Assembly: GCA_046290225.1 (NCBI GenBank)
Contig: JBKAGE010000034.1
Span: forward strand, 96,001 to 160,000
Source of the DNA: Bradymonadia bacterium
GTDB taxonomy: Bacteria; Myxococcota_A; Bradymonadia; UBA7976; UBA1532
Direction of reading: 5' to 3'
Length of the DNA stretch: 64,000 nt
In this document: positions 36,244 to 46,305 of the stretch, piece by piece
Numbering within the stretch: the stretch's first letter is position 1
Layout of the letters: each line of letters begins with the position of its first letter
The notes under the pieces: generated by a model
Told to the model about the DNA's origin: nothing
Database searches by the model: none
What the model saw: the letters and a program-made list of their open reading frames with translations, nothing else
Program-made: the position numbers and the translations under genes

Positions 36244-39110
36244 CGCGCCAGACCCCCTTCCAGCAGCCAGCAACCCTCGTGATGACGCAAGCGCAAGTCA
36301 TCGAGCCCGAGGCGGGTGCCCGGTGGGATGCCAAAGTCCGCGAGATCGTCTGGCAGCGCGAAGTCGGGGATCGGCAGGCTCGGCAGCGCCTCAGCAAGGC
36401 CCTGGAGCACCAGAGACTCCACCAGCTCGAGCAGCACCGACTCCAATGCCGGTCGGGCCTGAGCGGTCACCACCACGCCAGGGAAGTCCAGGGCGAAGTC
36501 GGAGATCGTCACCCCATCGCCCGCGCCGAGGGTGAGCGTCGCCACGCCATCCTCATCTGCGAGGGCCACGGGCACGTCGAGGATGGCCGACACCGAGAAT
36601 CGGATCGGTTCATCGAAGAGCCCTGCATACCCCAACTCGCCCTCCAGAGGGCCGAGATGGACCCGCAGATCGGGCCTCAGGCTCACAGGCAGCTCCGCAG
36701 CAGGGGGCACCCGCAGTCGGAACGAGGCGGAGACCCCCTCCCCGAGGGCGCCAGCATCTTCGAGGCGGAACAGACCTGCCCGCCAGACGCGGTGCAGCAT
36801 CTGGTTCAGGAAGGCCACCCGGATCAGTGCCGAGGCTGTCCTCGGCTGCGCTGGGGGCGACGAGTCGACAGGCAGGCAGTTCGCGGACTCAGGCGGCATG
36901 GGCACGCCGAGAGAGCGCCCGCCTTCGCCAATCCGCCCTGCAGTCTGTGTGAGCACGCCCAGGGCGAGGCCGTCGGGATCGGCGGTTACAGAGGACAGCT
37001 GAACCGAGACGGTGATGGGCACAGGGGCCCCGCCGTTCGGATCCGGAATGGGGAAGGCCGCAGACAAGGCCGCGATGTCGAAGCCCGCGAGCACATCGGT
37101 GAGCAGGGCGTCGAGCTCGAGCTCCAAGAAGTCTCGCAGCGCCGAGGTGAGCTCGTTGCGCACCAGAGACTCGAAGGCGTCGAAGATGAGATTGAGGAGG
37201 GTGCCGGTGATGACGCCCTCGAAATCGGCGTCGAGGTTGCCGATGCGCAACCGCTCCACGTCTCGCAGCGTGATCTGTGGCTGGCCACGCACCACATCCA
37301 CATCGAAGGTGAGGAACACCTCGATGAAGCTGGCGGAGATGGTGCCCCGGTTGCCGAGCGTGCCCAACAGCCTCGCGTCGAGGACGACGTCATCGAGCCT
37401 CAGGGTGGCCCTCAGCCCACCGTCGATGGGTGAGAGAGACGTCGTGCGGGCACCATTGATATCGAGCCCCCGATATTCGGCGCCGATGCTGAAGATGCAC
37501 CGACCGAGGATCCGCGTCTGACAGGTGTTGGGCACGATGGGGTTTTGAGCGCGCAGACTCTCGTCGAGGGTTTGAATCAACCCTTCCGACTCCACCAGTG
37601 CCCGGAGCAGATCGCCGATGCTCCCGAGGGGGTTTGCCGGCGGGCCGTCGTCGATGGCCTCTCGCGCCAGCGTCAGGCGAATGCTGTCTTGGACGGGATC
37701 GCGCTCGAACTGATAGGTCGGCGACGCAAAGTACGTGCACCAGATCGAGTTGTCCTGACCGCCAGCATCCTCGGCCACCACCTGGTGAAGGTTCAGGCCC
37801 CAGGCAGGGACGCCCACGTCGACGGAGAAGCGGCCATCGGCGGCGACAGGCACAACAGCGCCGTCCACGGTCAGGCGCTCCACCCCCACCACATCATCCA
37901 CTCGGCCCTCGAGTCGCACCGTCTCCCCAGGACGTACGGCGATCTGCCCACCGGGCTCCGGACCATCACAGGAGATCGCCGGGCCGCCAGCGTCCACCAC
38001 CAGATCGAGCCACGCCTCGAGCATCCGGTTCCCGTCGGTGGGGCCTTGAACAGTCACGCCGACGCGGTACAAGCCTTCAGCCTGAGGGCGGAACCTGCCC
38101 TCTCCAAAACCAGCGATAGGCGGCTCGGCGCCCCAGGTCAGGGGCGCATCCGGCACGATGTTGCCGTAGCGATCAGTGATGAGGGTGACCAGCTCCACCA
38201 CCTGCCCAATGGCGTAGACCGCTCTCTCAGGGGCCAGGGAGGCCAGCAACTGCGCCGGCGGCCCCGGCAGCACCTCAATCTCGGCCACCACATCTGCAGA
38301 GGCGTCCTTGTACGCGCAGGCCACGGTGTATCGACCCGCCACAGTGAGGTTCAACTCGATGGGGCCACCGTTCTCGGGATCGGGATACACAATCTCGTTC
38401 CCCGGATCATCCGGGCTCACCACCAGCACCGCCTCCGGCACCGGCACCGGGTTCCCCGCGGCGTCGAGGGCCTCGCAGGTCACCGTCACTGTCTCACCTG
38501 CCGTGGTGACCTCCGAGTCGGCGACGGCCCGCAGCCGCGCAGGTGCGCCGGGCAACACATCCCACCGCGCCGGGGTCTGGTCCCGCAGGCCGAGCTGCGG
38601 CGCCAGACAGGTCACCTGATACACCCCAGCCTGTGCCCCGATGAGCTCGTTGGGCACCACGCCATCTTCACCGGCAGGGGGCCTGGACCACCCCTCTGGC
38701 GGTCGGACCTCGAAGCGGGTGATGACGTCGCCGATGGGGAAACCCTCCTCGTCGAGGGCCTCACAGGTGACGCGGTTGCCGCGGCCAGCGGCCGTACTCG
38801 GCGTGCCCAGCCGGGTCTGAATCGACCGAACCACAGGCGGAGGCACAGCAGCATCGATGAGGGGTGCCATGTCCAGCACCTCGCCGTCGGGCTCCCCTGG
38901 CTCGGCGTCGGGCACCACGGCATCGGGGAACTCGATCACCTCGCCGTCGGGCAGATCGACGTCGGGCAGCGTGCGGGCATCTCGGGTGTCGAGGGCGGCG
39001 TCGCCCTCGGTCTCGATGGGGTCGATGTCCGTGTTGTCGAGATCGTTGCAGGCCACCCCGCCGCCGGCGAGGGAGAGGGCCAGGACCAGCAAGTAGATGG
39101 GTTGTTTCAC
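36240..39110 (-). CDS. Large acidic lipoprotein with Ig-like domains (paralog of the downstream gene)
   Basis: GTG start, lipobox GVAC, PDA tether, VDAGGPAI...WGLNLHQVVAED and LNQMLHRVWRAG. Confidence 0.72.
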   Translation of the reverse strand: MKQPIYLLVLALSLAGGGVACNDLDNTDIDPIETEGDAALDTRDARTLPDVDLPDGEVIEFPDAVVPDAEPGEPDGEVLDMAPLIDAAVPPPVVRSIQTRLGTPSTAAGRGNRVTCEALDEEGFPIGDVITRFEVRPPEGWSRPPAGEDGVVPNELIGAQAGVYQVTCLAPQLGLRDQTPARWDVLPGAPARLRAVADSEVTTAGETVTVTCEALDAAGNPVPVPEAVLVVSPDDPGNEIVYPDPENGGPIELNLTVAGRYTVACAYKDASADVVAEIEVLPGPPAQLLASLAPERAVYAIGQVVELVTLITDRYGNIVPDAPLTWGAEPPIAGFGEGRFRPQAEGLYRVGVTVQGPTDGNRMLEAWLDLVVDAGGPAISCDGPEPGGQIAVRPGETVRLEGRVDDVVGVERLTVDGAVVPVAADGRFSVDVGVPAWGLNLHQVVAEDAGGQDNSIWCTYFASPTYQFERDPVQDSIRLTLAREAIDDGPPANPLGSIGDLLRALVESEGLIQTLDESLRAQNPIVPNTCQTRILGRCIFSIGAEYRGLDINGARTTSLSPIDGGLRATLRLDDVVLDARLLGTLGNRGTISASFIEVFLTFDVDVVRGQPQITLRDVERLRIGNLDADFEGVITGTLLNLIFDAFESLVRNELTSALRDFLELELDALLTDVLAGFDIAALSAAFPIPDPNGGAPVPITVSVQLSSVTADPDGLALGVLTQTAGRIGEGGRSLGVPMPPESANCLPVDSSPPAQPRTASALIRVAFLNQMLHRVWRAGLFRLEDAGALGEGVSASFRLRVPPAAELPVSLRPDLRVHLGPLEGELGYAGLFDEPIRFSVSAILDVPVALADEDGVATLTLGAGDGVTISDFALDFPGVVVTAQARPALESVLLELVESLVLQGLAEALPSLPIPDFALPDDLADFGIPPGTRLGLDDLRLRHHEGCWLLEGGLAR

Positions 39111-39224
39111 AGGTGCTCACTCGGATTCGTCAAATCAGCAGGATGATAACGCGAGGTCCCAGTCTGGATCTGCTACAGTGCGCCGACTTCATTGGGGCCT
39201 GTCCCCTTACGCGGAGAAAACGCC

Positions 39225-39836
39225 ATGTCCGATCAGAACTCCAACACCGAGACCCAAATCGAAGACGTGCTCCAGGAGGAGCGCATTCTCAAGCTCGTCG
39301 ACGCCGACGTCGGGCTCGACCTCGACACGCAGGTCGTCGTCGAGGTGGAGTTCGAGGATCGCACTTTTGCCATCCTCACCCCAGCCACGCCCGAGGTCAT
39401 TCTCTTCAAGGAGATCTCCGAGGGCGCCCTCGAAGAGCTCGACCGCGAGGCGGTCCTCGCCATGCGCAAGGACATCGACTACGCCCTGGGCAACTTCAAC
39501 CTGAAGATCAGCCCCCAGGGTGAATTCTTCTACCTGAGCGGAGAGCCCGGTGAAGAGGCCTTCTCCGAAGCCGAGGTCATCGAGATCCCTGGCGACGATG
39601 AGGACGAGGCTGAGCACCTGATCGTGCTGGTGGAGCTCGACACCGGGAAGGACAAGTTCCTGCTCACCACCTCGATGAACCCCGACATGTACATCGCCGA
39701 GATCGCCGACGACGCCGCTCGACTGGTCAAGGACGAGGCTGAGCTGGAGCGTCTCGAGAAGCTGCTCGAGCCCATCATCGAGCAGCTCGACGCGGGCATC
39801 GCCGAGCTTGAGGCCGAGATCGAAGGCGAGGTCTGA
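39225..39836 (+). CDS. Highly acidic hypothetical protein (possibly DUF1292/DUF3727-like)
   Basis: GGAG RBS; strongly biased codons; two related halves (LKLVDAD..VEVEFEDRTFAIL / IEIPGDD..VELDTGKDKFLL). Confidence 0.6.
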   Translation: MSDQNSNTETQIEDVLQEERILKLVDADVGLDLDTQVVVEVEFEDRTFAILTPATPEVILFKEISEGALEELDREAVLAMRKDIDYALGNFNLKISPQGEFFYLSGEPGEEAFSEAEVIEIPGDDEDEAEHLIVLVELDTGKDKFLLTTSMNPDMYIAEIADDAARLVKDEAELERLEKLLEPIIEQLDAGIAELEAEIEGEV

Positions 39837-39839
39837 GCC

Positions 39840-41042
39840 ATGCAAGAGGTGGTGATCATCTCTGCGGTGCGCACCCCCATCGGGCGCATCCGTGGGGCCC
39901 TCTCTCCGATCCGCCCGGACGACATGGCCGGTCTGGTCATCGCCGAAGCGGTGAAGCGCGCCGGTGTCGACACCGCTGAGATCGACGAGGTCTACTTCGG
40001 CTGCGCCAATCAGGCCGGTGAAGACAACCGGAACGTGGCCCGCATGGGCTTGCTGCTCGGCGGGTTGCCCCAGTCGGTGCCCGGGGTCACGGTGAACCGC
40101 CTGTGCGCCAGCGGGCTCACCGCGGTGAACCTCGCCGCCCGCATGATCCAATGTGGTGATGCCGACGTCGTCGTCGCGGGCGGGGTGGAGTCCATGAGCC
40201 GTGCGCCGTGGTCCATGCCCAAGCCTGGGGGGCCCTTCCCCAGCGGCAACGTCACGGTCTTCGACACCGCTTTGGGCTGGCGCTACCCCAACCCTGCCCT
40301 CGAAGCCCTGTTCCCACTGGAGGGCATGGGCCAGACGGCAGAGAACCTCGTCGAGCAGTACAGCATCAGCCGCGAGGCTCAGGATGCCTTCGCCCTGGCC
40401 AGCCACCAGAAAGCTGCGGCGGCATGGGACAAGGGCGCCTTCGATGACGAGATCCTGCCGGTGAGCGTACCCCGCCGAAAGCAGGATCCCCTGCTCGTCT
40501 CTCGGGATGAAGGGCCGCGGCCCGACACTTCCCTCGAGAAGCTCGCCAAACTTCGGGCGGTGTTCCGAAAGGGCGGCAGCGTCACCGCAGGGAACTCGAG
40601 CACCCTCAATGATGGTGCATGTGCCCTGGTGCTCACCACGCGCGCCAGGGCCGAAGCGCTCGGGGCCGAGGTGCTCGCCGTCTACCACGGCAGCGCCAGC
40701 GCCGGGGTCAACCCCCGCATCATGGGCATCGGCCCTGTGCCAGCCTCTCAAAAGGCCCTTGCCCGCGTGGGCTGGACCGCAGATCAGATCGATCTGGCCG
40801 AGCTGAACGAGGCCTTCGCTGCCCAGTCACTCGCCGTGCTGAACGAGCTGCCCATCCCTCAAGATCGCGTGAACGTGAACGGGGGCGCCATCGCCCTGGG
40901 CCACCCCCTCGGGTGCAGCGGCGCACGCATCCTCACCACCCTCATCTACGCCCTCCGGGCCCGTGGTGGTGGTCGTGGCCTCGCCACTCTGTGTGTCGGC
41001 GTCGGTCAGGGCGTCGCCACATTGGTGGAAGTGCCCGGCTGA
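39840..41042 (+). CDS. Acetyl-CoA C-acyltransferase (thiolase, PcaF/PaaJ-like)
   Basis: NQAGEDNRNVARM, NRLCASG, NEAFA, GHPLGCSG and LCVGVGQG. Confidence 0.95.
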   Translation: MQEVVIISAVRTPIGRIRGALSPIRPDDMAGLVIAEAVKRAGVDTAEIDEVYFGCANQAGEDNRNVARMGLLLGGLPQSVPGVTVNRLCASGLTAVNLAARMIQCGDADVVVAGGVESMSRAPWSMPKPGGPFPSGNVTVFDTALGWRYPNPALEALFPLEGMGQTAENLVEQYSISREAQDAFALASHQKAAAAWDKGAFDDEILPVSVPRRKQDPLLVSRDEGPRPDTSLEKLAKLRAVFRKGGSVTAGNSSTLNDGACALVLTTRARAEALGAEVLAVYHGSASAGVNPRIMGIGPVPASQKALARVGWTADQIDLAELNEAFAAQSLAVLNELPIPQDRVNVNGGAIALGHPLGCSGARILTTLIYALRARGGGRGLATLCVGVGQGVATLVEVPG

Positions 41043-42964
41043 GTAAACTGCCGAGGATCTGCCCCCCCAGGGTAGTGCGTGGGCGCCGAAGGCTGCTGCA
41101 CCTCGGTGGCCTTTTGCCTCAACTCTTCGAGCTTCTGCAGGTCGGTGAGACGCCGCCCTGCCTCACAGGCCTGCTCCAGGCCCAGCTCGCAGCCCTTTTG
41201 ATACTGTGAGGCGGCCTGGGTCAGATCTCTGGGTACCCCATCGCCCTTGCTGAGCATGAGCCCGTGATTGGCACAGCCGGCGCCCATCCCCAACACACAC
41301 GCCTTGCCCATGTAGCGGGCCACCGCGGCGCGATCCCCTGACTGCTCGACCCGCAACCCCTGGCGAAAGCAGCCCAGGGCGCTCCCTCCACCACAGGTCA
41401 CGTCATGGTCGATGCTCACCTGCATCGAAGGGCCCACCTGCTCCAGATTCTCACAGGACTCGGCGCCTCCCTCGGTGCCACAGGCCAGCTGCCAGAGTTT
41501 AATCGCCAGGGGGCGATCGAGGGGGATGCCCTCCCCCTGCCACGCCATGGTGGCGAGGTTGCCACAGCCCACAGCATCACCCGCATCACAAGCGCGCTGA
41601 TAGAGCCTCGCCGCCACGGCTTGATCTCGGGCAACACGCTGCCCGGTGTCGTACATCACCGCGAGGTTGTGACACGCGGTCACATCACCCTGCACACATC
41701 GACCCTCGTGCACCTGCGTCATCGACGCACACGCCCGATGACGGCCGCGATCACATGCTTCCACCCAATACTCGGTGCTGGCACCCTCGTGACTTGCCAG
41801 CCCAGGACGCATCAAGATGAAGACGCCACACCACAGCGCCACGTGAATGACGTTGCGTTGTGCGGGCTGAAGGGCCTTGAGAGGAGACCATCTGGGTGAC
41901 GCCGTGAGACGCTCAATCCACCGCACGGAGAGGTTGAGCAGAGGCACCGCGAGGATCTTGTCATAGTAGGTTGGCTGGCCCCAGAGGGTGAGCACCACGA
42001 AGAGCCCTGCCGTCGAAGCCCCATAGAGCCCACCATACACCACCTTGCCCAGAGCAGTTCGAGGGGCGGTGACCGGATCGGTGATCAGCAACAACATGCC
42101 CAGGAACACCGCCCCTGGGATGTCGGTGGTCACGAAGAGGGGCACCTCGTAGATGGCTGTATAGACCGCCCCTGCGGCGAGGGCACCGAGGGCCGCGGCG
42201 AAGGTCATCAGCACGACGGGGAACACCGTCTGCACGATGAGACCGGCGCCGAAGATGGCCAGATAAATGTAGGGGGTCTCGTCCTGAGATGCGGCGATGG
42301 CTTCACCGACCGCGTAGCCCTCGTGGCCCAGCCCCACCAGCACCAGGCACATGATTGTCAGCCCCACAGCGGAGGGGTTGAACACGTGTACCCGCGTACT
42401 CTCCTCATCGTGCCCTCGCTGCCACTTCACCCCTTCTCTGAAGATCCAGATGAGGGCGATGAGGGCGATTTGAAGGGCGAACCACTCAGGCGTGAACCAC
42501 AGAAAGAAGTTCACGCTCCCGAGGATGGGGAACACCCCAAGGCTCATGCGCCACGAACCATACCGGCTCCAGCCCACGAGGATCTCGAGCAGGTATGCAA
42601 AGATCACCTGAACCGCCAGCAGCGGCAGGTGGTCCACCACTGGGGACCAGTGAGCGGCCCAGAGGCAGTACACGACGCCCTGAGCCAGCATTTGCAAGTA
42701 ATGAGAAGGTTTGAGGTAGGGCACCACCGACAAAGCCGAGCGGCGTCGCCAGAGCAGCGACAACCACATGCCTCCCAAGGCGGCCACAGACCAGAGCGTG
42801 CAGCGTGAGGCGGTGTGCTCGCGCAGCGAGGGCAGTAGAGGGCTGAGGGCCAGCAGCGCCACACAGAGGGCGCCCGCAACGAAGCCCCAACGGGGATGGA
42901 TCTTCGAGTCTGCCCTGCCCTCTACGCTCGACGAGGCAGGGAGCGTGAGCAGAGGGCCACTCAC
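41006..42964 (-). CDS. RnfD/NqrB-like membrane domain fused to Sel1-like repeats
   Basis: Many TM helices with HVFNPSA and [15 protein letters not shown]-terminal repeats [16 protein letters not shown] and [12 protein letters not shown]. The GTG start overlaps the bfr stop. Confidence 0.72.
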   Translation of the reverse strand: MSGPLLTLPASSSVEGRADSKIHPRWGFVAGALCVALLALSPLLPSLREHTASRCTLWSVAALGGMWLSLLWRRRSALSVVPYLKPSHYLQMLAQGVVYCLWAAHWSPVVDHLPLLAVQVIFAYLLEILVGWSRYGSWRMSLGVFPILGSVNFFLWFTPEWFALQIALIALIWIFREGVKWQRGHDEESTRVHVFNPSAVGLTIMCLVLVGLGHEGYAVGEAIAASQDETPYIYLAIFGAGLIVQTVFPVVLMTFAAALGALAAGAVYTAIYEVPLFVTTDIPGAVFLGMLLLITDPVTAPRTALGKVVYGGLYGASTAGLFVVLTLWGQPTYYDKILAVPLLNLSVRWIERLTASPRWSPLKALQPAQRNVIHVALWCGVFILMRPGLASHEGASTEYWVEACDRGRHRACASMTQVHEGRCVQGDVTACHNLAVMYDTGQRVARDQAVAARLYQRACDAGDAVGCGNLATMAWQGEGIPLDRPLAIKLWQLACGTEGGAESCENLEQVGPSMQVSIDHDVTCGGGSALGCFRQGLRVEQSGDRAAVARYMGKACVLGMGAGCANHGLMLSKGDGVPRDLTQAASQYQKGCELGLEQACEAGRRLTDLQKLEELRQKATEVQQPSAPTHYPGGADPRQFTQPGTSTNVATP

Positions 42965-43437
42965 CCGTGGATTTGCTGCGCCAGGTAGGTCTCGAGGCCC
43001 ACCTGCCCGATCAGCTCGAGCTGAGACTCGAGCCAGTCGATGTGCTCTTCCTCGCTCACGAGGATCTCGTCGAGGAGCACGCGGCTGCCTTCGTCGCTGT
43101 GCTCGCGGCACAGGGCGATGGCCTTTTGAAGACGGGGCACCGCCTCGTACTCGAACTGCAGGTCGAGTTCGAACTGCTCTTTCACCGTCTCGCCGATGTT
43201 CACCTTGCCCAGGCGCTGCACGTTGGGCACCCCGTTGAGGTAGAGGATGCGCTCGATGAGCCGCTCGGCGTGCTTCATCTCGTCGATGGACTCGTTGCGC
43301 ACGTAGGTGTGCAGCTTGGTGTAGCCCCAGTCTTCACACATCTTGGCGTGGATGAAGTACTGGTTGATGGCCGTGAGCTCGGCGGTGAGGATCTCGTTCA
43401 AGGCGTTGATGATCGCCTGATTGGCTGGGCGGGGCAT
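42961..43437 (-). CDS. bfr: Bacterioferritin
   Basis: [27 protein letters not shown] (heme Met, ferroxidase residues) and [16 protein letters not shown]. Confidence 0.97.
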   Translation of the reverse strand: MPRPANQAIINALNEILTAELTAINQYFIHAKMCEDWGYTKLHTYVRNESIDEMKHAERLIERILYLNGVPNVQRLGKVNIGETVKEQFELDLQFEYEAVPRLQKAIALCREHSDEGSRVLLDEILVSEEEHIDWLESQLELIGQVGLETYLAQQIHG

Positions 43438-43515
43438 TTTCATCTCCAGATGGGGACTCAGGTTACGGCGAACACCATGCCAGAGTTGAGCACATTTGGC
43501 CACTAACCACGGGTT

Positions 43516-43555
43516 TTGAAAGCGCTTTTCGCTTGAAACCGACAATGGTTTTCAA
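43516..43555. promoter_or_regulatory. Fur-box-like AT-rich sites upstream of bfr
   Basis: TTGAAAGCGCTTTTCGC and TTGAAACC-gacaat-GGTTTTCAA. Confidence 0.45.
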
Positions 43556-43646
43556 GTGGGGTCCTACAGCAACTTGTCGGGCGGGATGTTCGAGGGGTCG
43601 TGGGGCGTGAGCAGACGGTCCGATCAAGGGCCGCTTCAGGGGCGGC

Positions 43647-43832
43647 TCAGGCTTCGCGCTCGGCCTCTGTGGAGCGGTGGTTACGGAGCATCTTGCGCAG
43701 CGCGGCTCGGCAGCGACCGCAGTCACCCCCAGCCCGGCAGTCCTGCTTGAGCCCTTCGAGATCGCTGATGCCCCGCTGTGCGGCTTCGCGGACCTTGCGA
43801 TCAGACACCCCTTCACAGACACAGATGATCAT
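43647..43832 (-). CDS. bfd: Bacterioferritin-associated [2Fe-2S] ferredoxin
   Basis: MIICVCEGVSD...CRAGGDCGRC, directly upstream of bfr. Confidence 0.92.
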   Translation of the reverse strand: MIICVCEGVSDRKVREAAQRGISDLEGLKQDCRAGGDCGRCRAALRKMLRNHRSTEAEREA

Positions 43833-43902
43833 GCGCGCTCCCTGAAATCGACTGAGCCGTCATCACCAACATCGGCTCATCCACATCGACACCGTAGCCA
43901 AG

Positions 43903-43953
43903 TTGAAATCGCTTTTCAAACTCAATGAAAGCGATTTTGAAATTTCATTTCAT
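43903..43953. promoter_or_regulatory. Cluster of three Fur-box-like 17-mers upstream of bfd
   Basis: TTGAAATCGCTTTTCAA (43903-43919), ATGAAAGCGATTTTGAA (43925-43941) and TTGAAATTTCATTTCAT (43937-43953). Confidence 0.6.
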
Positions 43954-44052
43954 CAAGGGGGGTTACCGAGGGGTGACTGCGATGCCCCCCTGGGTCGGCG
44001 GTGACCCACCAAGCCTGCTCTGAGTCAGTGGACCCAGTCAGTAGCTGTGGGT

Positions 44053-46305
44053 TCAGCGGGAAAGATCTGCCCCATCAGCGGGCAGCGTGCGCACGAGACG
44101 AAAGCCCAGATCGATCTGTGACTGAGTGGGTGGTACCCCGAACCGGTGCCCTGCCCGGACCGAGCGCCAGTCGGTGGAGATGGACCCGCCGCGGATGACG
44201 CGGAAATGATCACCGACGTTCTCCGGGCCCACAGGGTTCACCAAGGGTACGCTGGGATCATCGAACTGGTAGTCACCTGATCCCCAGTCGTAGGTCCACT
44301 CCCAGACGTTGCCTGACATGTCACAGACGCCCTGGTCGGTGAGGCCTTCGGCGAAGCTGCACACTTCGAAGTTTCGCTGCCGCCCACACCCGCCGAGACC
44401 CTCGGCGTTCATGGCGGCATAGATGCAGGTGGCCTCTTCGTTGCCCCAGGGGTACGAGATGTTCTTGCCGCCGCTCTTGGCCACATATTCCCACTCGGCT
44501 TCAGTGGGCACCCGGTAGCCCTCGCAGGCATACCCGTCGATCCATGCCGGTGCGGTCTGGGCGGCGGCGTCGTCGAAGTCGTAGGGCCGCGCCGGGTTGC
44601 CCTGAGGGGCGTAGCAATGGGGCAACCCCTCGTCGAGGGAGACCGCGTTGGCGAGGGCAAGCGTGTGATACCAGTCGACCCCTTCGATGGGGTAGCTGTC
44701 GAGATCACAGTCGGGATCGCTCGGGGGGCAGTCGATGTTCCCCGAAGGGTTGAACCCGGCGTACTGCACCCAGGCACGCTGCGTGAGCTCGGTCTTGAGC
44801 ATCATGAAAGGCTGCTCGAGAGAGACCAGGTGAGGGCTCTCCTGATCTGTGGACCCGGGCAGGCCGAGCGGGCTGCCACGGCGATAGGTGTCGGGGCCAA
44901 AGCACGCGTAGCTCCGGTGCAGACACTCACCACACTGCCCCTGACCGTCGACACCAGCGGCGCTGGCGTGGGCGCACAGGGTGGCTTTGTCGCCTTCGTC
45001 GAGGGTCACCGCAGCGCGGATGGCGTGATGGATACGGCACGGCACGTTGGGGCCATGCCTCAGGCCCGCAGGGGCTTCGGCTGCCATGAGCCTGCACGCT
45101 TGCTGACACCTGGACTCGTCGGCGTAGGTGTCGGGGCAGTGGGCTGCCGTGAGATCACAATACACATCGCACAAGGCGCCACAGACGCCGCCGCCGGCAG
45201 TGCCCGCAGCCTCACAGTGCCCCGCAGGATCACGGGCGGCGGCGAGGCCGTGGTACATGCGGCACTGGAGTGTGTGGCCCACCCTCAAGGCTGGAGCCTC
45301 TTCCAGGGTGCCGTCGAAGGGGAAGGTGTCGCAGGCAGACAGGCATGTCTCGAGGTTGCTGTGGGCGTTGGGGCAGTGTTGCAGCACTTCTTCGCAGTAT
45401 TCGGCGCAACTCACAGCGTTGAGCGGGCGACAGAAGCTCCCGCCCTCGGGGCCTGCGGCCTCACAATGGGTGGCGACGTCTGCCGCTGGGGCGGCGCCTG
45501 CGGTGGCTTCGATGGCCGCCTGCAGATGGTCGAGGCGACACTGCACCGTGTCCCCTGCCCCTTCTCCACTGCGCCCATTGTCGGCGAAGCCTGCACAGGT
45601 GGTCTCGCACTCGGCGCGATCTGTGTAGGTCCCACCACAGGCAGCGCCCTCGGCCATCATCAAATCGCAGTACACATCACATGCGCTGCCGCAGATGCCG
45701 CCGCCGTCGATACGGGCAGCGAGACAGTGCTGCTCTCTCGCTCCACGTGGGGCCAGACGCAGGTGCGTGTTCCGACACTGGACGGAGTGCCCCAGAGTGT
45801 CGCCTCTGGCGCCATCGGTGGGCAGAGCCGCGCAGGCGGTGAGGCAAGCAGCTTCGTCCAGGTCCCGACCACACACCTCTCGCTGACCAGCACACCACTC
45901 CGGGCATGCGTCGATCGGCTCGACACCCGCGTCAGCACAGGCGCACTGGCCGAAGGTGCCGTCTTCACCGCACGTCTGCATGGCATTGGTGCCATCAGGA
46001 CACGGGCAGGGCTGCATGATGCCCGAGGTACACCGAGGGCCATCAGGGCCCATGTCGGGCGGCGGCGCCATGTCGGGATCACCCGGGCCGGCGTCGGCTT
46101 CGGAGCAGACGCACTCACCGAGGCGGCCACCCTCGCACGTGGCTGTACCCGGCGGGCTCCCCTCACCGCAGCTGCACGGTTCAACCGCACCACTCTCGCA
46201 CTGTGACTCACCCCCCTGAACCGACACATCGCCGGTGCATGCCGCGAGCAGGCCCATCATCAAGACGGTGTGCGTGATGATGTTCGTGACGATGGCAGAC
46301 TTCAT
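44053..46305 (-). CDS. Cys-rich lipoprotein with C-terminal FGE-sulfatase/SUMF1-like (CLec-fold) domain
   Basis: Lipobox LAAC; RVPTEAEWEY, DMSGNVWEW, RGGS and GFRLVR motifs. ATGA overlap with the upstream gene. Confidence 0.85.
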   Translation of the reverse strand: MKSAIVTNIITHTVLMMGLLAACTGDVSVQGGESQCESGAVEPCSCGEGSPPGTATCEGGRLGECVCSEADAGPGDPDMAPPPDMGPDGPRCTSGIMQPCPCPDGTNAMQTCGEDGTFGQCACADAGVEPIDACPEWCAGQREVCGRDLDEAACLTACAALPTDGARGDTLGHSVQCRNTHLRLAPRGAREQHCLAARIDGGGICGSACDVYCDLMMAEGAACGGTYTDRAECETTCAGFADNGRSGEGAGDTVQCRLDHLQAAIEATAGAAPAADVATHCEAAGPEGGSFCRPLNAVSCAEYCEEVLQHCPNAHSNLETCLSACDTFPFDGTLEEAPALRVGHTLQCRMYHGLAAARDPAGHCEAAGTAGGGVCGALCDVYCDLTAAHCPDTYADESRCQQACRLMAAEAPAGLRHGPNVPCRIHHAIRAAVTLDEGDKATLCAHASAAGVDGQGQCGECLHRSYACFGPDTYRRGSPLGLPGSTDQESPHLVSLEQPFMMLKTELTQRAWVQYAGFNPSGNIDCPPSDPDCDLDSYPIEGVDWYHTLALANAVSLDEGLPHCYAPQGNPARPYDFDDAAAQTAPAWIDGYACEGYRVPTEAEWEYVAKSGGKNISYPWGNEEATCIYAAMNAEGLGGCGRQRNFEVCSFAEGLTDQGVCDMSGNVWEWTYDWGSGDYQFDDPSVPLVNPVGPENVGDHFRVIRGGSISTDWRSVRAGHRFGVPPTQSQIDLGFRLVRTLPADGADLSR

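Noticed and set aside
43957..44008. GC-rich hairpins downstream of the FGE gene as a riboswitch or sRNA
   Set aside because: These are short stems with no recognisable aptamer motif. A terminator or chance pairing explains them.
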